Shown piece by piece: positions 23,593-32,795 of a DNA stretch of 42,349 bases. The stretch comes from Gammaproteobacteria bacterium (GTDB lineage: Bacteria > Pseudomonadota > Gammaproteobacteria > Natronospirales > REEB76). The stretch spans positions 1-42,349 of the forward strand of contig JAGXAZ010000002.1 of NCBI GenBank assembly GCA_018971365.1, in the 5' to 3' direction. Made by a program: the position numbers and the translations under genes. Every line of letters starts with the position of its first letter. Positions within the stretch are counted from its first letter, which is position 1. The notes under the pieces were generated by a model. That model saw nothing but the letters and a program-made list of their open reading frames with translations, did not search any database and had not been told where the DNA came from.

Positions 23593-26265
23593 CTATTGTG
23601 GGTTCGGTCCCTTCACCACCTCGACCAGGTCCGCCGGCCGCAGCCATTGCCTGTAAGCCGCCTGGATTTGCGGCGCGGTGAGTTCCAGAAAATGCCGTCC
23701 GGCAATCAGCGGCTCGTCCAAAGGCAGACCATCCACTGAGCGCTGCAACCAGCCGCCGGCGATGCTTCCCACGCTCGCTTCCTTGAGCGGGATGCTGCGC
23801 AAGGCCAGGGCTTTGGCGCGCCGCAGTTCCACCGCGGTGACCGGAGTGGTCTGCATTTCGGTCAGATCGCGCACCACGAGATTGCGGGCCTGGTCGACCT
23901 TGTCCGGATCACTGCCGTATTCAACCGAGAAGGTGCCGCGCGTGGGCGTGAGCACCAACCGGGAACTGACGTTGTAAACCAGCCCGGTCTTCTCGCGCAG
24001 GTCGCGGTACAGGCGCGAGGCATAAAAGCCCTGCCCCAGTACCGCGTTGCCGAGTGCCAGCGCATAGCGGTCCGGACTGGTGAGATTCACGCCCAGGGTT
24101 TCGCTGAGCGCAACCGTATCCTGCACGCTGGATTTGTCCGGCACCACGGTACGCGGCGCCGGCTTGCTGAGCGGGATCGCAGGCAGATTGGTCTCTGGCT
24201 TGGGTCCCTGCGCTTTCCAGTCGCCGAAATACTTCTCGATGACCGCCTTGGCCGTGGCGGGCGTGACTGCACCCATGACCACGATAGTGGTCAGATCCGG
24301 ACGGAAGGCACTGCGATGATAGTCTTGGACGTCGGTGAGCGTCAGACCCATGATGCTTTGCGGCGTGGCTTCGCGCAGCGCCGGGTCGCCGGCCGGCACC
24401 AGCGCCTGGGTGATGGAGCGCCGGAACAGGTAATCGGGGCTTTGCAACTGGCCGGCCTGCAGGCGCGCCATCTGCATCTGCACTACCGGGAAATACTGCG
24501 CCGGGAGGGCGGGATGCAGCTCATTGTCGGCCAGCAGTTGCACCGCGCGCTCGAAGTGCGCTACCGGCGCCTGCACCGAGAACTGCGTGCCGGCGCTTTC
24601 CTGCGCAGCGATATCGTCCAGCGCTTTTTGGAAGGCCACACGGTCAAGTGTGGTGGTACCGTAGCTGAGCAGGCCGTCGAGCACGTCCGCGACGCCGTCC
24701 TGACCTGAAGGTTGCTGCAGATCCGGCTGGCTCTTGACCCGGCCATAGACCGAAACCGTGTCGCTCACGTTCGTGGGTTGGACGATGAGCCGGAGGCCGT
24801 TCGGCAGTGTGCTCACCACCGGGTCCAGCGTGCGCTTGGGCAGATTGAGGCGCGCCAGCGCGCTGCTCGCCCACTTGGGCAAGGTAACGGCTTTTTCGGG
24901 TGCGGCACTAAAGGATTCCGCCCCGCCAAAACCCTTCGCGGCTACCGGTTTGCCGGACGATTCCGGCGTAAGGATCGCGGTGAACGCGTGTCCTTGATCG
25001 AGATACTCGCGCGCCACGCGGTCCACGTCCGCAACCGTGACCTTGTCGAAGGCCGCGATCATGTCATCGGGCGAGTTCAGGCCCTGCACCGCCAGCGCCT
25101 CGGACCAAGTCTGCGCCAGGCCGTCCACCGAGTTCTTCTGGAATTCGAGCTGGGCGATTTCCTGGCGCTTGGCGGCGGCCACCAGATCCGCGGGTACGCC
25201 CTGCTTCACGGTGTCGGTCAGTACCCGGCTGATCTCCTGGGTCAGTGCCGCGGAATCACCGCCCTTGGGGAACACGCCCACGGCAAGCCCGGCGCCGGCG
25301 GCAGGCAGAGACGCATTGAAGAACGTCGCATACAAGGCTTTGCCTTCCGGCACCAGCGCATACAGATTACCGCGCTGACTCGCCAGAACGTCGCTCAGAA
25401 TCTGACCGGCGGCGTAATCGGGGCTGTGGTAACCGGGCGTACGGAAGGTGACGACCGCAAGCCCATAGGGAGTATCGGTCGGCAGCTTCAGGGTCTGCGG
25501 CTGCACGGTTTCGAATTTCACCGCCGGACGCGGCGGCAGGCGTTTGGCAGGTATGCCGGCAAACAAGGTTTTGACCCTGGCCACCGTACTCGGGGGATCC
25601 ACGTCACCCACGATCACCAGGATGGCGTTGTTGGGTGCGTACCAGTTGCCATAGAACTTGCGCAGCATCTCCGCCGTGGTCTTGTTGAACGACGGCCGGG
25701 TGCCGAGCGCGTCATGTTCGTAAGGCGTGCCCTTGAACAATACCGCCTGCAGCTGCTTGAACATCAGATACTGGGGATTCGACAGATCGCGTGACACTTC
25801 CTGCTCGATGGCGCCGCGCTCCTTCTCCCATTCAGCCGCACTCAGATCGAGGCCGCGCATGCGCGTCGCGGCGATGTGCAAGGCCACATCCAGGTCATCC
25901 GACGGCACCGTGAAGAAATACTGGGTGACCGTATTCTGCGTATCGGCATTGAAACTGCCGCCCATGGCGGCGGCGATCTCCGCGAGCTGGTCCTTGGACA
26001 AGCCCGGGCTGCCGCGGAACATCATGTGCTCGAGTGCATGCGCGGTGCCGGGAAAGCCGTCCGGCGCCTCGTTCGATCCCACCAGGTAATTCATCATCGT
26101 GGTTACGACCGGCGCAAGGTCGTTTCTCACCACCACCACACGCAGGCCGTTCTTGAGCGTGGCGCGCACCACATCCGGAGTGCCGGCCCTGGCGAAAACT
26201 GCGGGCAACAGGCCAACAGAAAGCAGCAGGAACAGCATAAGACCGCGTTTCACATGGCGCGACAT
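23593..26265 (-). CDS. Secreted M16-family zinc metallopeptidase (pitrilysin/insulinase-like, double unit)
   Basis: ORF 23593-26424. I prefer the ATG at 26265 (GGAGG 6 nt upstream; MSRHVKRGLMLFLLLSVGLLPAVFARA signal). Inverted zinc motif HALEHMMFRG, and a second inactive M16 unit in the C-terminal half. Confidence 0.9.
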   Translation of the reverse strand: MSRHVKRGLMLFLLLSVGLLPAVFARAGTPDVVRATLKNGLRVVVVRNDLAPVVTTMMNYLVGSNEAPDGFPGTAHALEHMMFRGSPGLSKDQLAEIAAAMGGSFNADTQNTVTQYFFTVPSDDLDVALHIAATRMRGLDLSAAEWEKERGAIEQEVSRDLSNPQYLMFKQLQAVLFKGTPYEHDALGTRPSFNKTTAEMLRKFYGNWYAPNNAILVIVGDVDPPSTVARVKTLFAGIPAKRLPPRPAVKFETVQPQTLKLPTDTPYGLAVVTFRTPGYHSPDYAAGQILSDVLASQRGNLYALVPEGKALYATFFNASLPAAGAGLAVGVFPKGGDSAALTQEISRVLTDTVKQGVPADLVAAAKRQEIAQLEFQKNSVDGLAQTWSEALAVQGLNSPDDMIAAFDKVTVADVDRVAREYLDQGHAFTAILTPESSGKPVAAKGFGGAESFSAAPEKAVTLPKWASSALARLNLPKRTLDPVVSTLPNGLRLIVQPTNVSDTVSVYGRVKSQPDLQQPSGQDGVADVLDGLLSYGTTTLDRVAFQKALDDIAAQESAGTQFSVQAPVAHFERAVQLLADNELHPALPAQYFPVVQMQMARLQAGQLQSPDYLFRRSITQALVPAGDPALREATPQSIMGLTLTDVQDYHRSAFRPDLTTIVVMGAVTPATAKAVIEKYFGDWKAQGPKPETNLPAIPLSKPAPRTVVPDKSSVQDTVALSETLGVNLTSPDRYALALGNAVLGQGFYASRLYRDLREKTGLVYNVSSRLVLTPTRGTFSVEYGSDPDKVDQARNLVVRDLTEMQTTPVTAVELRRAKALALRSIPLKEASVGSIAGGWLQRSVDGLPLDEPLIAGRHFLELTAPQIQAAYRQWLRPADLVEVVKGPNPQ

Positions 26266-26420
26266 GGGAGTCCTCCGAAGTGCAGTTGTCACCGCCGGGC
26301 AGCGGGCCGCGGGATTATCCCGCTTTCGCGCAAGGCTCACAAGCAGCAAGCGCGCGCAAAAAAGTTTTTGAGCTGCGGCGGTGTGTGTTCGGCGTTTGCA
26401 GGTAGAAATTCCGGCTGGAC

Positions 26421-26777
26421 TCAACGCCGCACCGCAACCAATCGTGCGTGGCTGCTGATTTCGACCGGGGATTTAGATCGGCCGGGTGGTACCATCTGCA
26501 CAGGTATCAGCGAGTTGGACGGCATCAAGTGCCGCGGAGCTGCGGCGCGCAAAGGAATGCAATAGGCATGCAGCTGCCGCTGGATTTAGGCATCCACACC
26601 CTTAGCCACGAGGTGCTGTACATCGTCAACTGCAGGGCCGAAGGCCGGCCGGTTCAGCACGTGCAGCGCCTGCGCATCGGAAGACGCGCGCGCGTTGTCT
26701 GACAGCAGCAAAAATAAAACCGCCGCCACCAGCACCGGCAGCCAACTACGCTTGCCCGGTGTGATGACGGCGGTCAT
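26421..26777 (-). pseudogene. N-terminal remnant of a DUF1800-like secreted protein (in-frame TAA, rest of the gene missing)
   Basis: MTAVITPGKRSWLPVLVAAVLFLLLS...AQALHVLNRPAFGPAVDDVQHLVAKGVDA-TAA-IQRQLHA... The pattern LNR..FGP......V...G.daW...QLHP is how I remember DUF1800 N-termini, and the stop sits where the W is expected. The frame closes again at 26421, and only ~118 of the several hundred expected codons remain. Confidence 0.35.
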
Positions 26778-26807
26778 GGCTGTTGGCCTCAGCCCACGGC
26801 CTGCCGA

Positions 26808-27149
26808 TCAACCGCGGCCGGGGCCGGGATGATTCTGAGCATGGCGCACATGGCGCAGATGACGGCGGTTTTTCTTGTCGTGGCGGATGTCCCTTTTGTC
26901 GTGGCGCATATCCTTTTCCTGGGCCTGGGCTTTCTTGAACTTGCCCTGGGTTACGTCCTTGTTGATCTGGCGCTGATCCTGGCGCACATCGCGCTTGTCC
27001 GCACGGATGTCGCGGTTGTCCCTGTGGATCTGACGGGTTTCTTTCTGCTGGGGGGTGGCCGCCGGGGCCGGGGTCTGCTGGGCAAACACCAGCGGACTGG
27101 CGGAAAGGGCCAACAGGGCGCCCGCAACCAGTGCAATGGACGGTTTCAT
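26808..27149 (-). CDS. Small secreted, highly charged (Arg/Lys/Asp/His/Gln-rich) repeat protein of unknown function
   Basis: 113 aa. Good SD (AAAGGAGA). Clean signal MKPSIALVAGALLALSASPLVFA-QQ. The mature part contains the 11-aa repeat xD(N/K)RDIR(A/H)DK(R/K) twice (residues 43-53 and 83-93) and a His-rich tail RHLRHVRHAQNH. Confidence 0.7.
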   Translation of the reverse strand: MKPSIALVAGALLALSASPLVFAQQTPAPAATPQQKETRQIHRDNRDIRADKRDVRQDQRQINKDVTQGKFKKAQAQEKDMRHDKRDIRHDKKNRRHLRHVRHAQNHPGPGRG

Positions 27150-27341
27150 GCTTGCAATCTCCTTTAAGGATGGATATTCAACCGGGTATTCCCGGTCTTA
27201 GGCTCCCCCAACGCGCTGCGTGTCACCGAGTTGACCGGGGCGGGCGGAAAATAAGCCGTGTCCAGGTCAACCGGAAACCGTGAGACCGCGCTTCCCGATG
27301 CCATGAAGGAGGCGCAGCGGACCTGGTTTGATTCGCGGATG

Positions 27342-30300
27342 TCAGGCCATATAGCCTAGGTTCGGTGCCAGCCAGCGCTCCGCCGTTTCCAGATCCATGC
27401 GCTTGCGCTGCGCGTAGTCTTGCACCTGATCGCGATTGATTTTACCCACGGCAAAATAACGCGATTCGGGGTGCGAGAAATAAAACCCGCTGACCGCCGC
27501 GGCCGGCCACATGGCGTAATGTTCGGTGATCTTGATTCCGGTGCGCCGCTCCACGTCCAGCAGCTGCCAGATGCCGGCTTTTTCGGTGTGTTCGGGACAG
27601 GCGGGATAACCGGGCGCGGGACGTATGCCTTTATATTGCTCCTGAATCAAGCCGTCATTGTCGAGTTGCTCATCCGCAGCGTAGCCCCAGAATTCCCTGC
27701 GTACCCGCGTATGCAGCAGTTCCGCGAAGGCTTCCGCCATCCGATCCGCCAATGACTTCAGCAGAATGGCGCTGTAGTCATCGTGGTCCGCTTCAAAACG
27801 CTTGAGGTGCGGCTCGATGCCGAGGCCGGCCGTGACCGCGAAAGCGCCGAAGTAATCCTCCAGGCCGGTGTCGCGGTGCGCCACAAAGTCCACCAGACAC
27901 TGATTGGGTTTGCCGGGCGGTTTCTGCTGTTGCTGGCGCAGAAAATGAAAGGTAATCAATTCCCGCTCGCGCTTGCCGTCGCGGAATACCGCCACATCGT
28001 CGCCGTTGACCGCGTTGGCGGGGAACAGCCCGTACACGGCGCTGGCGCGAAGCCATTTTTCCGCGATCACGCGGTCCAGCATGTGATTCGCGTCGGCGAA
28101 CAACTTGCGTGCCGCCTCGCCCTTCTCGGCATCCTGCAGGATCCGCGGATAACTGGCCTTCAATTGCCAGACGTGAAAGAACGGTGTCCAGTCTATGTAA
28201 CGGCGGATGTCGGCGAGCGGATAATCATTGAACGCCTCCACGCCCAGCGCGCGCGGCTTGGGCGGGACGTAACCACCCCATTCGATGGGCGTGCGATTGG
28301 CGCGCGCCTGTTCCAACGTCAGCCACTGGGTGTGATCCTCGCGGCCGGCGTGCTGCGCGCGTACCTGCGCGTATTCCTGCTGAATGGAATCCGCAAACGC
28401 CTGCCGCCCCTCCCCCAAGAGGCTCGCGGCCACACCCACGGCGCGCGAGGCGTCCTTCACGTAGGTCACGGAGCCGGTGTAATTGGGCGCGATCTTGACC
28501 GCCGTGTGCACGCGCGAGGTAGTGGCCCCACCGATGAGCAGCGGAATCGTGAATCCGGCACGCTGCATTTCCCTGGCGACGTGGGTCATTTCCTCCAGAG
28601 AGGGCGTGATCAGGCCGGACACGCCGATGATGTCCGCCTTTTCGGTGCGCGCGGTTTCCAATATCTTCTGGGCCGGCACCATAACGCCCAGATCCATCAC
28701 CTCGTAGTTGTTGCACTGCAAGACCACGCCTACGATATTCTTGCCAATATCGTGCACGTCGCCCTTGACCGTGGCCATCACGATCTTGCCCTTGGCACGG
28801 GCGTTGGCGTCCTTCTCCGCCTCTATATAAGGTGTGAGATAGGCCACGGCTTTCTTCATCACGCGTGCCGACTTCACCACCTGCGGCAGAAACATCTTGC
28901 CGCTGCCAAACAAATCGCCAACCACATTCATACCGTCCATGAGCGGGCCTTCGATGACATCAATCGGCCGCTTCGCCTGTTTGCGTGCCTCTTCCGTGTC
29001 CTCTTCTATATAGTCGGTGATACCCTGTACCAGCGCGTGCGCCAGCCGCTGATTGACGGGTAGTTGGCGCCAGGCAAGATCCTCGGTTTTTTTTCGGCCG
29101 CCGTCCTGTACATTCTGAGCAAAATGCACCAGCCGCTCGGCCGCGTCGGGCCGCCGGTTGAGCAACACATCCTCCACATATTCCAGCAGATCTTTCGGAA
29201 TGTCCTCATAAACCGCGAGCTGGCCGGCGTTGACGATGCCAATGTCGAGGCCTGCGCGAATGGCGTGGTACAGGAACGCCGAGTGCATGGCCTCGCGCAC
29301 AGTATTGTTGCCGCGAAAGGAAAACGACACATTGCTGACGCCGCCGCTGATCAGTGCTTGCGGCAACTTCTGCTTGATCTGCTTGACCGCTTCGAAGTAG
29401 TCCATGGCATAGTTGGCGTGTGCCTCAATACCGGTGCCGACCGGAAAGATATTCGGATCGAAAATGATGTCCTCGGTTGGAAAGCCCGCCTTTTCAGCCA
29501 AAAGCCTGTAGGCGCGTTCGCAGATGGACACGCGCCGTTCCAGTGTGTCGGCTTGGCCGGTTTCGTCGAAGGCCATCACCACCACGGCGGCACCGTAGCG
29601 ACGCGCCAGTTTCGCCTCGCGCAGAAACTTTTCCTCGCCTTCCTTGAGGCTGATGGAATTGATAACGCATTTTCCCTGCAGGCATTTGAGCCCGATCTCG
29701 ATTATTTCCCAACGTGAGGAATCAATCATCACCGGCAGCTTGCAGATATCCGGCTCGGAAGCCATGAGTTTCAGGAAGCGCTCCATGGCCGCGACGCCAT
29801 CCAACATGCCCTCATCCATGTTCACGTCTATCATCTGCGCGCCGTTTTGTACCTGCTCGCGGGCAACGTCCAGCGCAGTCTCGTAATCGCCGTCGAGAAT
29901 CAGTTTCTTGAATTTTGCCGAGCCGGTGACGTTGGTGCGCTCTCCCACGTTCACAAACAGGCTGTCGGGACCGATATTCAGGGCTTCCAGCCCGCTCAGC
30001 CTGCATTTGGGTTCGATGGCGGGAATTTCGCGGGGCACATGTCTCGCAATCACCTCGGATAGAGCACGGATGTGGTCCGGGGTGGTGCCGCAGCAGCCGC
30101 CGACGATGTTGACAAAGCCGCTTTCCGACCACTCGCCGATGAGCGCTGACATGTGCTCGGGGGTTTCGTCATAGCCGCCGAAGGCATTGGGCAGGCCGGC
30201 GTTCGGATGCGCGCTCACATAGCAGTCGGCGATGCGCGCCAGCTCCTCGACGTACGGACGCAACTGCTCCGCGCCGAGCGCGCAGTTCAAACCGACACTG

Positions 30301-31028
30301 AAGGGCCGGACATGGCGCACCGAATTCCAGAAGGCTTCCGGTGTTTGCCCGGAGAGCGTGCGCCCGGAAAGATCGGTGATCGTGGCCGAAATCATCACCG
30401 GCACACGCTCGCCGGTTTTCTCGAAATGCTCCTCGATAGCGAACAGCGCCGCCTTGCAGTTAAGCGTGTCAAACACGGTCTCAACCATCAACAGATCGGC
30501 GCCTCCGTCCAGCAGGCCGCGAATGGCTTCGGCGTAGGTGGCGCGCAACTCGTCGAAGCTCACGTTGCGGAATCCAGGATCGTTTACCTCTGGCGAAATG
30601 GATGCGGTGCGGCTGGTGGGACCGAGAATGCCGGCCGCGAAGCGCGGTTTCTCCGGCGTGGCGCGCGTCATCTTTTCCGAGAGTCTTTGTGCCAGGCGCG
30701 CGGCCTCGCGGTTCAGTTCATACACCAGCGCTTGGGTACCGTAGTCGGCCTGCGAGATAGCGGTCGAATTGAATGTGTTGGTTTCGATGATATCGGCGCC
30801 GGCATCGAGATAAGCCTGGTGAATTTCCTCAATCACATGCGGCCGCGTCAGCACCAGCAAATCGTTGTTGCCCTTGAGATCGCGCGGATGATCCTTGAAG
30901 CGCTCGCCGCGAAATTCCTGCTCCAAGAGCTTGTAGCTCTGGATCATGGTGCCCATGGCGCCATCCAGCAGCAGGATGCGCTTGGCGAGCAGTTGTTCGA
31001 GTTGAGCCTGACAGGACACGAAACTCAC
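27342..31028 (-). CDS. metH: Cobalamin-dependent methionine synthase MetH
   Basis: ORF 27342-31169. I prefer the GTG at 31028 ([30 protein letters not shown], aligning with the MetH N-terminus), giving 1228 aa. It overlaps the metF stop (GTGA at 31028-31025). All modules are present, including [11 protein letters not shown] (the B12-binding DxHxxG). Confidence 0.95.
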   Translation of the reverse strand: MSFVSCQAQLEQLLAKRILLLDGAMGTMIQSYKLLEQEFRGERFKDHPRDLKGNNDLLVLTRPHVIEEIHQAYLDAGADIIETNTFNSTAISQADYGTQALVYELNREAARLAQRLSEKMTRATPEKPRFAAGILGPTSRTASISPEVNDPGFRNVSFDELRATYAEAIRGLLDGGADLLMVETVFDTLNCKAALFAIEEHFEKTGERVPVMISATITDLSGRTLSGQTPEAFWNSVRHVRPFSVGLNCALGAEQLRPYVEELARIADCYVSAHPNAGLPNAFGGYDETPEHMSALIGEWSESGFVNIVGGCCGTTPDHIRALSEVIARHVPREIPAIEPKCRLSGLEALNIGPDSLFVNVGERTNVTGSAKFKKLILDGDYETALDVAREQVQNGAQMIDVNMDEGMLDGVAAMERFLKLMASEPDICKLPVMIDSSRWEIIEIGLKCLQGKCVINSISLKEGEEKFLREAKLARRYGAAVVVMAFDETGQADTLERRVSICERAYRLLAEKAGFPTEDIIFDPNIFPVGTGIEAHANYAMDYFEAVKQIKQKLPQALISGGVSNVSFSFRGNNTVREAMHSAFLYHAIRAGLDIGIVNAGQLAVYEDIPKDLLEYVEDVLLNRRPDAAERLVHFAQNVQDGGRKKTEDLAWRQLPVNQRLAHALVQGITDYIEEDTEEARKQAKRPIDVIEGPLMDGMNVVGDLFGSGKMFLPQVVKSARVMKKAVAYLTPYIEAEKDANARAKGKIVMATVKGDVHDIGKNIVGVVLQCNNYEVMDLGVMVPAQKILETARTEKADIIGVSGLITPSLEEMTHVAREMQRAGFTIPLLIGGATTSRVHTAVKIAPNYTGSVTYVKDASRAVGVAASLLGEGRQAFADSIQQEYAQVRAQHAGREDHTQWLTLEQARANRTPIEWGGYVPPKPRALGVEAFNDYPLADIRRYIDWTPFFHVWQLKASYPRILQDAEKGEAARKLFADANHMLDRVIAEKWLRASAVYGLFPANAVNGDDVAVFRDGKRERELITFHFLRQQQQKPPGKPNQCLVDFVAHRDTGLEDYFGAFAVTAGLGIEPHLKRFEADHDDYSAILLKSLADRMAEAFAELLHTRVRREFWGYAADEQLDNDGLIQEQYKGIRPAPGYPACPEHTEKAGIWQLLDVERRTGIKITEHYAMWPAAAVSGFYFSHPESRYFAVGKINRDQVQDYAQRKRMDLETAERWLAPNLGYMA

Positions 31029-31948
31029 GTCCTCGAAGCCGCGCGGCTTGCGCCTGCCGACGGCGCGGCCCGAATGCCGAGCAGATGACAGATCGCACGC
31101 GTCAGTTCTGCACGGTTCAATGTGTAGAAATGGAATTCTTGCACGTCTTCGGATTGCAGCCTGCGGCACTGCTCTCCGGCTAGGTGCGCCGCCACCAGCA
31201 TGCGGGTTTCCGGATCAGCGTCTAAACCTTCGAAGTGATGCGCCAACGAGGCCGGCACGCTCGCGCCGCAGCGCGCCGCAAATTTCTTCACCTGATTGAA
31301 GTTCGTTACCGGCAAAATGCCCGGCACCAGTGGCATGTGCACGCCGGCTTTGGCGGCCCGGTCGCGAAAGCGCAGGAACACCTCCACGTCGAAAAAGAAC
31401 TGCGTGATGCCGCGGGCCGCGCCGGCATCCTGCTTGCGCTTGAGATTATCCAGATCGGCTTGTGCCGATACTGCGTCGGGATGGGTTTCCGGATGTGCCG
31501 CCACACTGATCTCGAAATCCGCGATCTGTTTGAGGCCCGCTACCAGTTCGGAGGCACGGGCGTAGCCCTGCGGATGCGGCGCGAACCGGCCCTCGCCCTC
31601 CGGAGGATCGCCGCGCAGCGCCACGATGTGGCGGACGCCGGCCTGCCAGTAGCGGCGCGCAATTACTGCAATCTCGTCGCGGCTCGCGCCCACGCAAGTC
31701 AGATGCGCCGCGGGTCGCAGGCCGAGCTGCCGCTCGATGGCTACCACGGTGGCATGCGTGCGCTCGCGGGTCGAGCCGCCGGCGCCGTAGGTGACCGACA
31801 CAAAGCGCGGCGCAAGCGGCGCGAGGCGCTCCAGAGCCTGCCACAGCTTCTGCTGCAACTGCGGCGTACCCGGCGGAAAGAACTCGAACGACACCGCGGG
31901 CTGCACGGGGAAGGCGCAACGGTCCCGGGGGGTGGAAAGCAGATTCAT
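31025..31948 (-). CDS. metF: 5,10-methylenetetrahydrofolate reductase MetF
   Basis: ORF 31025-32005. I prefer the ATG at 31948 (AGGAG 6 nt upstream; [26 protein letters not shown]...). Motifs: [48 protein letters not shown]. Confidence 0.9.
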   Translation of the reverse strand: MNLLSTPRDRCAFPVQPAVSFEFFPPGTPQLQQKLWQALERLAPLAPRFVSVTYGAGGSTRERTHATVVAIERQLGLRPAAHLTCVGASRDEIAVIARRYWQAGVRHIVALRGDPPEGEGRFAPHPQGYARASELVAGLKQIADFEISVAAHPETHPDAVSAQADLDNLKRKQDAGAARGITQFFFDVEVFLRFRDRAAKAGVHMPLVPGILPVTNFNQVKKFAARCGASVPASLAHHFEGLDADPETRMLVAAHLAGEQCRRLQSEDVQEFHFYTLNRAELTRAICHLLGIRAAPSAGASRAASRT

Positions 31949-32030
31949 GTTCTGCTCCTGACGCTTTAGCCGTGGGCGCGGGACGCGGCCCGCCCGGCAC
32001 TGCAAGTTGTCACTTAATTCAGCGCACGCT

Positions 32031-32116
32031 GAAAAAACAAAACCCGCTCAGCTTGCGCCAGAGCAGGTCTCGGAGAGCCCGCTTTAGCCGTATTTGTATA
32101 GCGCCCGCAAGCTGAG
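32031..32116 (-). terminator. Long hairpin plus U-run between dedA and metF (dedA terminator and/or metF leader element)
   Basis: On the reverse strand, an 11-bp perfect stem CTCAGCTTGCG (32116-32106) / CGCAAGCTGAG (32057-32047) encloses 48 nt and is followed by cgggTTTTgTTTTTT (32046-32031). Confidence 0.5.
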
Positions 32117-32155
32117 TATCAAATCGGCGCTGTGACAATTATTGACTCTCGGATT

Positions 32156-32788
32156 CTAGCTGTCAACCCGCGAACGGCGCAGATTGCGCACATGCCTCCA
32201 CACATACCAGACAAAGGCCATCACCGCGATCACCACGATCACCGTATCGAAGCGGTGAAACCACGGGCCGAGCGTGTCCCAGTGCTCGCCCAGGCGCAAA
32301 CCGATCCAGGCGAGCGCCCAGGACCAGATGAAGGAACCGATGAAGGTATAGACGATGAACTTGACCAGCGGCATGCGCGCCACGCCCGCTGGAAAGGCAA
32401 TGAAGGTGCGCACCAGCGGCAGCAAGCGGCCGACGAAAACGATGATGTCACCGTGACGCTGAAACCAGCGGTCGGCCGCGTCCAAGTCGTGATGCGATAC
32501 CAATATATAGCGGCCGTACTTCTCCACCAGCGGCCGTCCGCCCCAGGCGCCGATCCAGTAGGCGACCAGCGAACCCAGCACGCAGCCCAGGCCACCGGCG
32601 CAGGCCACCAGCCACAGGTTCAACTCGCCGCGGAACACCAGGTAGCCGGCGAACGGCATGATGATTTCCGAGGGCAGCGGAATGCAGGCGCTTTCGATGG
32701 CCATGAGCAGCAGCACGCCGCCGTAGCCGAGCGTGGAGATGGTCGCGACGATGAAGCCCGCGACGAGCGCCACCAGTTTGGCGATCAT
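32156..32788 (-). CDS. DedA-family (SNARE-associated) inner-membrane protein
   Basis: 210 aa. LLLMAIESACIPLPSEIIMPFAGYL ... WGGRPLVEKYGRYILVSHHDLDAADRWFQRHGDIIVFVGRLLPLVRTFIAFPAGVARMP. Starts 7 nt after the kup stop. Confidence 0.85.
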   Translation of the reverse strand: MIAKLVALVAGFIVATISTLGYGGVLLLMAIESACIPLPSEIIMPFAGYLVFRGELNLWLVACAGGLGCVLGSLVAYWIGAWGGRPLVEKYGRYILVSHHDLDAADRWFQRHGDIIVFVGRLLPLVRTFIAFPAGVARMPLVKFIVYTFIGSFIWSWALAWIGLRLGEHWDTLGPWFHRFDTVIVVIAVMAFVWYVWRHVRNLRRSRVDS

Positions 32789-32795
32789 CCGGCGC

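Noticed and set aside
24712-25794. Long + strand ORFs opposite - strand genes: 24712-25794, 27783-29063, 30153-31088, 31235-31969, 32132-33049, 33768-34781, 35514-36803, 39466-40392, 18003-18887, 21641-22381, 20279-20839, 14390-15106, 41627-42286.
   Set aside because: All overlap strongly supported - strand genes (M16 peptidase, metH, metF, dedA/kup, gltX, nhaB, TonB receptor, mgtA, permease, methyltransferase). None has a recognisable motif or a convincing SD.
31949-32155. SAH riboswitch upstream of metF-metH.
   Set aside because: The conserved AGGAGCGCUGC ... AACGGCGCUCA core I recall is absent. It is kept only as an unclassified structured leader (see findings).
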